A stretch of DNA of 63,769 bases, counting the filler, from Octopus bimaculoides (lineage: Eukaryota): assembly GCF_001194135.2 (NCBI RefSeq). It is 4 parts of 4 records of this genome, joined end to end, with 100 filler letters (N's around TTAATTAATTAA, not from the genome) between each part and the next. Parts side by side here need not be neighbours in the genome. Positions count along the whole stretch, not along the records: positions 30,535 to 60,652 come from NC_068981.1; 3 more parts are not named here. One strand, given 5' to 3'. The notes below the pieces were generated by a model. The model did no database searches. It saw only the letters and a list, made by a program, of their open reading frames with translations, and was not told where the DNA came from. The translations under genes and the position numbers were made by a program. Each line of letters starts with the position of its first letter. The stretch's first letter is position 1. This document shows, one piece after another, positions 47,850-60,652 of the stretch.

Positions 47850-49610
47850 TTAGGCTTCTAAAATAGTTAGACTGTCTAGTCCCGTGGGGACTGGACAGTC
47901 TGAATAAACACCTACCAGCCTGAAAGTCTTACCACCGCTGAGCATCACATCAAGGACGACTAGCCTGCCTTCCGGGTCAATAAAGTGTGTTCTAGTCACG
48001 AAAGCCAGATTTTTCCTAAGTAGAATCGCGACACCACTCCTTCCCCCTGGTTGGCATGGAGAAATAAATTTCTCGTAACCGTTCAGGAGGGGGGAGGGGA
48101 AGACCTGCATATCCACTCAATCTGGTTTCCGTGGCCACTATCACATCCAATCTGTGTGACCTGAGGTCATTAAGGAAGCGACCTTGCTTCCAGTCTGACC
48201 CCAGGCCACGCACATTTAAACATCCTACAGTGAGTGTATCCATAAAAAAGGCTTACCTTTGGTGGAGAAGAGATTATAATCTCTTCTCAGTCTCTTCCGT
48301 GTCTTGCGAGGATTCTTTGGTTAGGCCCTCGTACATGGATGCACAAAAGTCCTTTCTGAGAGGGCCTATGTCGTGGGAGAATCGGGTGTATAGTATATTA
48401 TAATTTATCTTATTTATGGAATAAATTAGGATTCCCTCTGGTAGGAGAGTGAAATGTCGTTTGTAAGGTTCTGCAGTTGGTATGTCTTGCCGTTCATCTG
48501 CTAAGAAATCATTCTCTGTATTTATTGCCATGAAATTGAACTCGGCTGCTGTTGGGAAGAGGGGGAGGGGAAGCACTTTTTCGAGACTGGGAGTGGTTGA
48601 TTTGGCTATTTTTTGTTAGTGTTAAGTTTTTTTTTGGTGGGTGGGGGAGACTATTTGGAAATCGTGCGTGTCTGCAGGGGGAGATTTTCTCTTGTTGGAG
48701 CTGGGTCTAGAGGGGACGTGTTGGCTGTTTCTTCTTTTTTGTAGTTTGTTTTTGTGAGTTACAGTAGCCCAATCTTGTTTTGGTTTCCTCTTTTTCTGTT
48801 GTTGGAGTAGTATACTCGTGTATGGGTGGATCCTTTACATCAGCTGCGGTTGTTGGTTTTGTGATTTGCGTAGGGGAGGAGAGGGGCACTCTGCTTTTAC
48901 GTGGTCTTTCTTGTCACATTTAAAACAGCGAGGCCGCCTCCCCTCGACTATCACACGTAACTTGGTCTCCTCTCCAATCTGAATAGTCTTTGCAATTTCT
49001 TCGAGGTGGGTAGGGGTTGCTTGAATAACTAATACGAACCCCTGGCCTTTCCAGTTCTGCTGCTCAATTTTAGTGGCTTCAAGGATCGATATTTTGTCCT
49101 CCTAGCCCATGATAAGTACTGCACAAAGCCAGGTGACGTCTATCGGGAGGAATTTCTCCCACTGTTATTTTGGAAGTGCGCCTTCCTAGGTAGGTTGGTA
49201 GCAGCACTACCTCGGCTGTTATCAAAGGCTTAATAGTGTATTGCCTGGCTTTTTCCCCCACTTTTGAAATGCACAATATTTGTTACAAATCTCTTTCCTC
49301 TTGTTACAAAAGTAATGTCAGACCAAATAGGTTGTAGATATTTCTCCACGTCTTCTTTCGTTGCTATTTCTAGTTTGTTTCTCCTTCACTAAGAAACTTT
49401 TGAACAGTTATTTTCTTTGTAGTGCTTTCTATTAATTCACTGGGGAGGGTGGCTTTCAATTCGTGCCCCTCCCTCTGAAACATCTCTTTGTGCTTGTTTA
49501 ATGCTTCTGGTTCTACATTAATTTTTTTTTGCGATATACCTGCTGCAGCAGCGAAATGTTTTGTTCAGCTGTTCTTGTTGGAGACCTTCTAGGAAATCCT
49601 TGCCTAACGG
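47850..49610 (-). mobile_element. Tx1/L1-like retrotransposon: degraded ORF1 and start of ORF2 (APE endonuclease), 3' part missing
   Basis: ORF1 remnants LPTYLGRRTSKITVGEIPP and EGRRPRCFKCDKKDHVKAECP. ORF2 from ATG 48243 reads MDTLTVGCLNVRGL...VIVATETR..(fs)..GVAILLRK...DPEGRLVVLDV...RLVGVY. Confidence 0.85.
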
Positions 49611-50859
49611 CATGTTAAACGTGTTATCCATTGTTTTTTTTTTTCCTTAACAGAGGAGCTACTCATGGCTTGGAAATTAAAATTCCCACAAATGGTACGA
49701 TACATGGCAAAAATCAACAATTTCCCCCCTCGAATGAGGGTAAAACATTTTCAAAATAAAGTCTGCAAATGCAGAACGTAAACAAATATGGTAACAACAA
49801 AAAAAAAAAACACAGAAGAGTTCCAACAATAACAATCCAACAATGCAATACTCACGTTTGAAATAAACCAATCCAAAGTTAAACTTGCACTAAGAATAAA
49901 GTGTAGGTAAAATTACCACCTGCTGTTACAGCAGGTTGATGCTGGTAGTTTATCCCGTACTCCTCCGACTTTTAGTTCATGCAATTGAAAAAAACCGCAT
50001 TATTTATTGGATGGCCCAATATATATATATTCTAACATTCACATACTTTGTATGGTATATACAAGATTCTTCTATTCCTTTTAATTTCCTTTGATCCTTC
50101 AAAGAAAGTCAATGCTCCAATTATTGTTTTCTTTTTATTGAACACTTTCACCGACAAAAAATATTTCGTTTTTACACGAGTTCAGATGTTTATTTTAGAC
50201 CCTTTGTATAACAGTTACCCACATATACCTTCCCTGGAATCACTTAAATTTTAAAAAAAGTTTCATCTTCAAACAGCCTTAATGAAACAAAATTTACAGC
50301 AAGATACATTAGGCGTTCGTTCTGTCATCTTTCTCATTTTGTTCGTTTTCTTTTCGTTTTTTTGTTTTTGTTAACCTCAGATATACTCAAAACTATATTA
50401 TCGTATCAGTAAAATTTGGACTTTTCCTCGGTTCACGTGAGTTACAAGTCAGTTATGTAATATGTTCATATCTGTATCTATCTGTCTGTATGTATGTATG
50501 TATTTATGAAGTAAAATAGGGATTAAATAGATCCAGGCGAATACCTCTCTAAGCAGTTTGTAGAAATCGAACCGGGTTAGCTAAATCGTCCAGTTATTAC
50601 CACAACAGTTCTTGCACGTTGTTAATCTTTTCCTGTGACAGTCCCAGTTTGTAAATCCGAGGTCAAAAACCAGTTAAATTCGGTCTACTAATTACAGAGT
50701 ATATAAGAAAAAAAAAACAAAGAATGAAGATGCATTGTCAAAGGTTTATTTGGCTTACACGTGGGTCGTGCCAGGCTATTCGAAGCGCGTGTAGGCTAAA
50801 TAAATCACTGATAATGCACCTTCGTTATTTATGTCACACACACACACTGACGTTTAGGA

Positions 50860-50897
50860 CTGACTCGTGAAAATGCTTTGGACAGGCAAAGGGTTAA
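50860..50897. mobile_element. piggyBac-like TIR (single end)
   Basis: gtgaaaatgctttggacaggcaaaggg|ttaa is the reverse complement of the end at 51854. Confidence 0.6.
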
Positions 50898-51853
50898 AGA
50901 TTTATTCACATCCGCCTAAAGTTCGCCAGTCTCCAAGCCTCAACCCTTACGATTTTACATTCACTTATTAGACAAACTTGAGTACTAGGGAGTCTGTGTA
51001 CGTGTGAATCAGAGTTGGTCGTGCTGTTTCATAAGCTCATTTTCTAAGAAAACTCAAATTCTTTAATTATTTCAATGATTAAGCGAATTTCATTGGAAAA
51101 TTTTTTGCACAACAAATTTTACTCTTACATCACACTCGAACCTTCACTGTAGAATGCAATCGAAAACTTGCAACAACACTTGTCATACTCGATTCCTTTC
51201 ACGAAATTCTTTCTGATATTATGCCTGCTGTTTTTCGTTCATGTTATTGCTTTGCACCTCTCTTTCTCTCTCTCTCTCACTCACTCTCATTGTTCACCGT
51301 CCATGTTTTCTCTTTGTATCTACTGACACTTCTATTTTTTTGATATCCTACGTATCTTGTACGTTCGTGGTCAGCTATGTTGGTTCTTCTTATCTGCTGG
51401 TTTTTTTTTTCTTAATCTTTCTCTTGTTTCTTGTCATTATTCTCTCTTCCTTTGCCTGTTTCATCTTATCTGCTTTCGAGTTACTGCAAGACTTCAATTG
51501 CGTTTTACAGTGATGGGTTAAATGTAAAGTGAGAGTAAAATTTGTTGTACAAAAAATGCTCCGCAGAAATAAAATTCGTTTAAGCACTGACGTAATTAAC
51601 GAGTTGGCATTTTCTTAAAAATTGAACTTATGAAAGAGCACGACAAACTATGATTCACACGTACACATACATTCATATACTCCCAAATTATTCATACAAT
51701 TTTTATCTACCATGAGAAGACATCAGCCTGTAATCCCGAGTACTAAAGTCCGTCGAAGAATGCCGTAAAAAAGCATCAGTCTGGATATAAAATCGTAAAT
51801 TCTCAGGCGATTGGAGACTGGTGAACTTTCGGCGGATGTGAATAAATCTTTAA

Positions 51854-52073
51854 CCCTTTGCCTGTCAAAAGCATTTTCACAAGTTTGTCCTAAACGGCTA
51901 TGCTTCTTTACAAACTTTTAGTTAGCCCTGGTTTCATACGTTCTGAGTAATATAAAGCTTTCCTTTCATAAGTTCCAAGTTACTCTGGTGATTGAGAAAA
52001 AAAGGGGAATGTATATCATGCACACCAAGGAAATATGTTCTGTGTGTAACATATGATGCACAGCACAGGCAAA
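51854..52073. mobile_element. piggyBac-like MITE
   Basis: ttaa|ccctttgcctgtc start. Homologous to 8157-8375. Confidence 0.7.
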
Positions 52074-52099
52074 AATTCTTCAAGTTTTTAAAATCAACA

Positions 52100-53420
52100 A
52101 ATGCAGTCGTCATGATGAAGAAGAAAAAAGGAAAGCTTTTGTCATGACGACTTCATTGTTACCAGCAGAAAGCAACACTTTCGAAGAGCAAATTTTGAAA
52201 ATAATATACTTACTATATCAGTGGAGTAAGAAATGCATTTCGAAATGCGATTATATCAATTTGTCACAATGGAAAAAGCAAGGAACATATTCAGCCACCC
52301 ACAAGAAAACGGAGGAGATAATTCAGAAACGTTCAGAGTAAGCAGTTGGTTTGGATGAGCAAAAGGGCTGTATAACCTTCACAATATCTTTATGCCTGGT
52401 GAAGCTGCAAGTGTAGATATTCAGGCAACCAAGGTAGTTCCCCTTGTTTCTTAAGAGTATCATCGAACTTGGTAACTATTCTTCCCAAATTATGTAGAGG
52501 AAACAGGCATCTTATAAAATGTGCTATTCTACTTATTCATCTCATGAAAAGGAAACGAAAAAGCTCTTCTGGGTTCAAGGCTACGAAAGACCACTTGACA
52601 CAACTTGTCAGTAATTCCCAGGAGAGATTTCAAGCCGAAGCTATTACTCGTTAACTAGTCAGTAAACATACGAACAATGAGGAGATTCTAAAAATATAAT
52701 TGTCTGTGATGTGGAAATTAAGCAAGAAGGCCTGGGTGAGAACAGAATATTTCAGCAATGGGTTCTGTGTTATACATTTGTCCAGCAGTGGAAAGGTATT
52801 GAATAGTACATAACCCTGAATCTAACGGCTAGTTGGTGACTGATAAACTCCCTAACTGTCCGTAAACTTTCGACATAGATAAAGGGTGTAGTTCTTAATA
52901 TCAAGGCTAACTACCTTTGTCGCGCTTTCAGATAACTTGCTGAAGAGATAAACATTCTGTCAAGGACATTGGGTAAAATTACAATATCATGAAGCTTGTT
53001 GATATCAAAGATGTCTGGGTCGAAGAAACCTTGTACTGCATGAATAGAGTATGGAAGAAGCTATAGCCAGAAGCATGCCATGACTTTCTGGAATTTTACG
53101 AGGAAATAGTGCCAACAGTTATTAATGATATAATTGAGCTTGCATTTGAAGGAAGAATCCAAAATGTCAATGCGGAAGATTTGGAGGAATTGAAAGAGTT
53201 TGATGGGAAAAAGTGTTTGTATTATCTAATGAAGAACTGCGAGAATTAGCAAAGCAATACATTTAAAATGAAGATGAAGATGAAGACATTAGTGTAGAGA
53301 CAGTGTAATTGAAGAAAGACTTCTTTCTACTGAGTTCCTCAATAACACCATTGTCAAGATCATAAAAAACCATGTACCAGTTTGTTGAAAACGATCCTGA
53401 CTTGAACGCAGCAGTAGGGC
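52100..53420 (+). pseudogene. pogo/Tigger-like transposase relic
   Basis: Remnants NLHNIFMPGEAASVD, SGFKATKDHLT, KAWV and GVVLNIKANYL in the expected order, with frameshifts. Confidence 0.75.
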
Positions 53421-53865
53421 AAAGTGAAATTTTGTGGACATGAAAGCTTGCTATTGTGTGATAAAGATTCCCGAACACGCAGACGACATTCAATACATCA
53501 TTTGGAAAGCAAAGAATGTACCAGAGAACAATAACCTTGACCCTCACCCCAAATATTACATCAGTGCTATATATGTGTATCGTTGTGTCTATCCCCACCA
53601 CCACCTATCACCACTTGAAACTGGTGTTGGTGAGTTGACATCCCTGTAATTTAGCGGTTCTGCAAAAGAATCCGATAGAATAAGTGCTAGGCTTACAAAA
53701 TAAGTCTTGGGGTCAATTTGTTCGACTAAAACCCATACACATACACATAAACACAGACACACAGACGCACACACACACACACACACATCTATCTATCTAT
53801 CTCTCTCTCTATCTATCTATCTATCTCTCTATCTATCTCTCTCTCTTTCTTTCTCTCTCTCTCTC

Positions 53866-53896
<31 letters not shown>

Positions 53897-53906
53897 NNNN
53901 NNNNNN

Positions 53907-53956
<50 letters not shown>

Positions 53957-54360
53957 GCGAGGGATGTAAAGGAAATCTGGGCCGTGGGAGGAGAAAAAAT
54001 TAAACACTGCAAAATTGTTGTAGTAAATAACCAAAAATACACAGGGTCCTTGTTTTTCATGTTGGTCCATGGAATGATGAAAACAGCATTGTCCGCCATC
54101 ATGCCAAGCAAATGGATAAAATTTTACCGAACAATAATGCTCTGTCTTCAGTGATCCCACTGACATTTGACAGGCAGCGTTTGTCAAGATAACCCTGACA
54201 TACCATCCCTGACGTAACTTCCTGTGCGACGGACTCCGTTGCTCCACTAATTAGAATTAAATACTAATTAGTTATAGGGTCGATAAATTCCTTGCTAAAA
54301 GTCTTGAAAGATGTCAATACCAAATTGCTAAACCCCTATTGTTAATCACTTGTATAGGAG

Positions 54361-54834
54361 TCAGGTTATATGTATGATGCGTTCGGTGGTGGACAACAAA
54401 ATTTCATAAAATTGCTTTTTTCATTTTAACGATATACACGAAACCTCATCTTTATTCATGCAAGAAAAAAAGAGGGTAGTGTGCAGACTCTTTTACACTG
54501 AAATTTATGTAGAATGGTCGGTAGTAAAAAAGTGAGTGATAGGTAGAGAGAATTCAAAACATTTTAGAGACAAACAACTCTTAGACAATCAAATCTACAA
54601 AACTAGCTATAAGTTAAAAAAGATATAATTAAACAAAATTTCAATTGTCTTCTTGTTTCAATATATCGTCGCTTATTAGACAATAATAGTGTTAAAATCT
54701 GTAAATAATTCACTAACAAAAATTACCAAGTTAAAGCATAAATATTCTTTGGAAACATTTTAAACAGCGTTTGTAGCAAATTTGTGAAATGCTGAATATT
54801 TCCTTCCTCCACCGAACGCGTCATATATACCTGA
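54361..54834. mobile_element. MITE of unassigned superfamily
   Basis: ~30-bp TIRs tcaggttatatgtatgatgcgttcggtgg / ccaccgaacgcgtcatatatacctga. Confidence 0.6.
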
Positions 54835-56167
54835 ACATTTTTTATCCCAGTCTGCCATCCCAATTCTCAAACAGATACATAAGTTTCCTACAGCAAATTA
54901 CAGACTGTTATTCTTTATCTCTCATATCATTAAACTGTTTTGAGATTTCGTGTGATCAAGAATAAATTACTTCCTGTTGAACAGCAACAAGCTCCTAAAT
55001 TCCAGCCAGCATGGCTTTCTAGAAGGCAAAAAGTGATCAAGACATTTCGACATTTTGACACCATCGTATGTATTTTGAGAATGGACTCAAATGCAGAGGT
55101 CCTACAGCTTGACAGAGTTGAGTACAGCATTATATTAAAAGAAAATGAAAAGATAATCCAGAATTAGAGTTCGTAGAAAACTACTGAACTATATTAAGTC
55201 ATTCCTGATAACCAGACACCAAATTCATAAGTTATGAGTGGGTCAATGCACTACTCCTTATAACGACGCCATAAATGTGAGACAAAAATAACCATTTTTG
55301 TTGGTCTTTTTAAGTTTCAGAAAGCTACCAACAGAATAGGCGACCGGATAAACTCTAGTCTGATAAACAAACTGTAGTTCAAGGGGTAAAAGATAAAATA
55401 TGCTGGTAAACGCGGACAAGTAAGAACTCATATGTTTTTGAATAGCGGATATCTTTAAAAACCACATTCTCTTCCTTCATTTCTCATTCCTCATTCCTAA
55501 CTCTCATGGAGCCTCACAATATTAGATACTCAAAAGTAATAGTCAAGAGCACCCCCCAGCTGGAGCGCTTATCAGTAATAAAGTTTATACGACACGCTGT
55601 ATGACATCTGGTTCCTCTAAACTTTTTAGAAGTCATCGTTTTATTCTCTACCTTTCAGAGTTTCATCTAAAATATTATTTTTTCATGTACTCTAACTATT
55701 CTAAACAAAATGTGAGAATTGAAGGATCTCAGAGAAAAATTAAAGCAAAAATAAATAGAAGAACAAGCCTTGATTACTGGTAACACCTCAAACTAAACAC
55801 GCTGTATTCTCTCCAGCACAACAATGAACGCTACATAATTTATTTAATACAGAAGGTATATTCTGCACACTGAAAGGTCACAGCTCCGGTGCTACGGATA
55901 TACAAGAATGTCATAGAAAAGAACTGGTACAGTACCTATGAATCGATAAAGAATAAAACGGTTGTATAATGTTCATAGTCTCAGATGGTCACTCTTGGGA
56001 ATCCATCCGGAATGTGTAGTTACGGTTGCTGGTGATGGAACTAAGTGGAGGAGGTACCTGAAGACTCTACTCTTATGGCCCACCCAGGAATAATGAGGGG
56101 AGATGGATAGATGAATAGAGAATATACAATCAGGTGACTCATATCATGCAAGCTTCCATTTCAAAAC

Positions 56168-56294
<127 letters not shown>

Positions 56295-56361
56295 ATAGAA
56301 AAGGTAAAACAACAAAAGAAAGAAAGAGACCTCGATATTATGTAAATAGAGGAATTTATCT

Positions 56362-56463
56362 GTAAATAATATGTAACAATTATTCGGCAGCCATGATAAA
56401 ACTCCGACATCCGAAACTCGGAGTTTTATCATGGCTACCGAATAATTGTCACATATTATTTGC
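56362..56463. repeat. Hairpin with ~44-bp arms and a 10-nt loop
   Basis: Arms 56364-56407 and 56418-56461 with two transition mismatches. The right arm recurs at about 56862-56890. Confidence 0.85.
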
Positions 56464-56473
56464 ATATATATAT

Positions 56474-56682
56474 AAAGAATGAGATAAAGAGACCAATGGC
56501 ATAAATAAATTTATATTTTATGTAGAATGTCTTACAACTGTTTCAGAGAAAATTCAATGTATCCCTTCATCGGAGACGGTAATACTAGAAGGGATACATT
56601 GAATTTTCCCTGAAACAGCTGTAAGACATTCTACATAAAATATAAATTTATTTATGCCATTGGTCTCTTTATCTCATTCTTT
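56474..56682. repeat. Foldback with 95-bp arms and a 19-nt loop
   Basis: Arms 56474-56568 and 56588-56682 with two mismatches. Confidence 0.9.
56529..56577 (-). ncRNA. Minimal type-I hammerhead-like motif (U4C variant)
   Basis: GUCU-CCGAUGA-AGGG(14 nt)CUCU-GAAA-C-AGUU-GUA-AGAC. Stem I GUCU/AGAC, stem II AGGG/CUCU, near-palindromic stem III, GUA triplet. Confidence 0.5.
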
Positions 56683-56889
56683 TTATATATACACACGCTA
56701 ATACACGACCCATGTTATATTCTCCTTTCATGTTGCAACCACATCTGGGGCAAAACTAGTCGGAATACAGCACTTACTCGATATTAACCTGTATCATTCA
56801 GTTCTGGTTGACTCCATTACCCTTCATAACCTTTATTATATATATATATATATCATAAGTATCATGGTTACCGAATAATTGTCACATAT

Positions 56890-56953
<64 letters not shown>

Positions 56954-57364
56954 TAAATACGAGAGTGATATTACTATCAAAGTATCATCACTAGTGGCAG
57001 CGGATACCAGCCGTACAAGTAAAATTAATAAGATATATATAAACGATATATACATATACGCATGCGCGCACACACACACACACGCACACACTAAACACGC
57101 GCGCACGCAAACACACACACATATATACAAGGGTACTACATGAGCACCTGCATCGCTGAAAATAGAAGTTAAAAATACATCCGTGCCACGGAATATTCAC
57201 GAAACTAATACAAGCATGATAGGAAAAGATTCCAGTGAACAATAAAATCGTCTTACCTCTGCTAGGTCAGTAAAAGTAATGCTGGTTAGTTTGAGATCAT
57301 GATTTCGAATTTAGCGCCAAATGGTGCCTGATTCTCGTCAGCCAAACCTGCCAGCCAACAACTC

Positions 57365-57397
<33 letters not shown>

Positions 57398-57911
57398 AAA
57401 ACATTATATGAGTATATGCATATATATGTACATGTATATACGTACCTTCATCTACATGTACATATAGATACATATCCGGGTACATGACGTTGCAAAAAAA
57501 CAGGGACAAGATGATAAACAAGGTACAAAAAACAAGCAGGCCACATAGAAAACGTATCCTTCATCAGCTGCCACCATTAAAACACTGGCGTTTCGAAGAG
57601 TTAGGGCAGGACGCATCGTTAAAATGGCTCTTCCCACGAACACAAATTAAATTTTTTTTGTGGAGGATAGTGGCGGAGGGAAAACAAGACATAAAAACGA
57701 ATCGATATATATGTATATATAAAAACATTATATGAGTATATGCATATATATGTACATGTATATACGTACCTTCATCTACANNNNNNNNNNNNNNNNNNNN
57801 NNNNNNNNNNNNNNNNNNNNNNNNNNNNNNNNNNNNNNTATATGACATATATATATATCTATCTGTGTGTGTGTGGGGGGGAGGTTGTGTATGTGTGAGT
57901 GTGTGTGTATG

Positions 57912-57956
<45 letters not shown>

Positions 57957-58189
57957 ACATATATACAAGCGCGCACACACATATAAACCCATATGTATAT
58001 ATGTATGTATGTATGTATGCATAAACGACAGTCGTTTCTACTATGAATAAACTGTTGCAAATATTTCAGTGAAGCAGTAAAGAATTTTCCAAATGTAATA
58101 CAATAAAAAAAAAAGTTATATATTTATAACAACAACGACAATGGCAGCAGCAATAAGAACAACGACGACGACAACAACAATAACAATAA

Positions 58190-58215
58190 CAATAACAACA
58201 ACACTAATAATAATG

Positions 58216-58255
<40 letters not shown>

Positions 58256-58265
58256 TGATGATAAA

Positions 58266-58297
<32 letters not shown>

Positions 58298-58332
58298 TGA
58301 TGATAAAAATAATAATAATAATAAAAAATAAA

Positions 58333-58367
<35 letters not shown>

Positions 58368-58377
58368 TGATGATAAA

Positions 58378-58430
<53 letters not shown>

Positions 58431-58437
58431 TGATAAA

Positions 58438-58469
<32 letters not shown>

Positions 58470-58476
58470 TGATAAA

Positions 58477-58526
<50 letters not shown>

Positions 58527-58533
58527 TGATAAA

Positions 58534-58565
<32 letters not shown>

Positions 58566-58572
58566 TGATAAA

Positions 58573-58613
<41 letters not shown>

Positions 58614-58617
58614 TAAA

Positions 58618-58652
<35 letters not shown>

Positions 58653-58701
58653 TGATAAAAATATTAATAATAATAATAATAATAATAATAATGATGATAA
58701 A

Positions 58702-58742
<41 letters not shown>

Positions 58743-58785
58743 TGATGATGATAAAAATAATAATAATAATAATAATAATAATAGT
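58190..58785. repeat. Compound (AAT)n array with periodic GATGATAAA interruptions
   Basis: About 11 (GAT)1-4-AAA interruptions separated by AAT runs. Confidence 0.9.
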
Positions 58786-59100
58786 AATAAGGTCTATTAT
58801 TTCAAATGTTTAACCAATGTATCCCCGTATGGTTTGTGGAATTCTTGAACTGGAATATGCAACATGAAAACAAAGGATAAAGGAAACCTGACTATTGAAG
58901 TGTTCCAACACACAACTGAGTTCAATGTTCGAAATAACACCCCGTCTAAGAAAAATTCCAGACATTCTGTTAGTGGAAAATTCTCTGTACACTCCGAAGA
59001 TAGAATTATTTCCTTCGCTGTTTGTTTTATATTTTTTTTCTGTTTCTATTCCGTTTTTTTTTTTTTTTTTTTTTTTTACGAAGGCAAGCTGTTTTTTTTT

Positions 59101-59587
59101 TCGGATCTTTTTGGTTTGACGGGCAACACTTGTTTTCTTAACGAAACACTTTCAAACTTGGGATACTGGTAGAATGTGTCATATAAAACATCTTTTTCTC
59201 TTAGCCTTCTTAACAAAAAATTAGTTCTTAATAAGTTATTTCATGTTCAAGTTGTCGTGTTTGTGTAATTTCAACCAATCACTGACGTCTATTGAGGTGA
59301 CAAACAACAGCACTAATTTTATTCAAGGGAAAAGATCCCATAACACCGTTATGTTTAGGTTGTTTACATTCTACGGCAGTAATTGTTTTCACCTCAATAG
59401 ACGTCAGTGATTGGTTGAAATTACCGAAATACGACAACTTTTTACATGAAATAACTTCGAATACAAAAATTTTTATCTGTTCTATAAGACAAAATATACA
59501 AGTATACGAAGTTTGAAAGTGTTTCGGTACCAAAAACATTACATAAAACATAAATGAAAAATGTTGCCCGTCAAACCAAAAAGATCC
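59101..59587. mobile_element. Foldback MITE with nested inverted repeats
   Basis: Outer ggatctttttggtttgacgggcaac / gttgcccgtcaaaccaaaaagatcc. Inner caaccaatcactgacgtctattgaggtga / tcacctcaatagacgtcagtgattggttg. Confidence 0.75.
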
Positions 59588-60206
59588 TTTTTTTTCTTGT
59601 GTATTCATATCGTTGTTATTGCTTCAATAAGGGTTGATATTAGTGTTGGTGCTGATAGGGAGAACGTCTCTGACGTGTTCGTGATGTTGTTATTGACGTT
59701 GCTGCTGGTTGTCCTTGTTTAGCCTCAGGTCAGTCCATGGTCCGGCAGATTAATTCTGAAATGTATCTCAGTCATAGCTGTGCCATCTATTTAGAGGACT
59801 AATTCAGCTAATCTTATACCATTTGTCTTTTACTTGTTTCAGTCATTGAACTGCGGCCATGCTGGAACACACGTGTGTGTGTGTATGTGTGTATGTTTTT
59901 GTGTTTTCCCCTTCCCATCACTTGACAACTAGTGTTGGTTTGATTACGTACCGTAACCTAGAGCTTCGGCCCAAAAGACCGATTAAATAAGTACCAGATT
60001 TAAAAAAATAAATACTAGGGTCGATTTGTCCTACTAAACATTTCGAGGAGGTGCTCCAGCATAGCTGCAGTCCTAAGACAGAAACAAGTAAGAAAAAAAA
60101 AAAAACCTCCAGAGAAAGTGCATTTTACAGAATTTAACGTATTCTTTAAAAATAGATTCTGAAAACACAGTATCATCAAACGCTTGCGGAAAATATTGCC
60201 AATTGG

Positions 60207-60370
60207 CGAAGGCGTGGATGTGTGGTAAGAAGCTTGCTTTCCAATCACATGGTCTCGGGTTCAGTCCCACTGCGTGGCATCTTGGGCAAGTGTCTTTTGC
60301 TATAGCCTTAGGCCGACCAAAGCCTTGTGAGTGAATTTGGTAGACGAAAACTGAAAGAAGCCCGTCGTAT
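60207..60370 (+). mobile_element. SINE family C head
   Basis: ggcgtggatgtgtggtaagaagcttgc...gggttcagtcccactgcgtggc. Confidence 0.85.
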
Positions 60371-60392
60371 ATATATATATATATATATACGG

Positions 60393-60652
60393 ACATGCGT
60401 AAGCTCGCAAGGAATGAAGCCAGTATTCTCCGCTGGATGTGTAATGTAAATGTGCATACCCATCAGAGTGTAAGTATCTTGAGAGAAAAGCTGAACATAA
60501 GAAGCATCAGTTGTGGTGTGCAAGAGAAACGATTGCGCTGGTTTGGACATGTGGTGAGAATGAATGAGGATAGCTGCGTGAAAAAGTGCCACTCCCTGAC
60601 AGTTGAGGGAACCCGTGGAAGAGGTAGGCCCAGGAAGACCTGGGCTGAGGTG
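60393..60652 (+). mobile_element. RTE LINE ORF2 C-terminal fragment
   Basis: EASILRWMCNV...RLRWFGHVVRMNEDS...GTRGRGRPRKTWAEV, running into a gap. Confidence 0.9.

Noticed and set aside
57391-57780. Exact ~65-bp duplication (57391-57456 and 57716-57780)
   Set aside because: The second copy ends at a gap edge, so a contig-end overlap artefact is likely.
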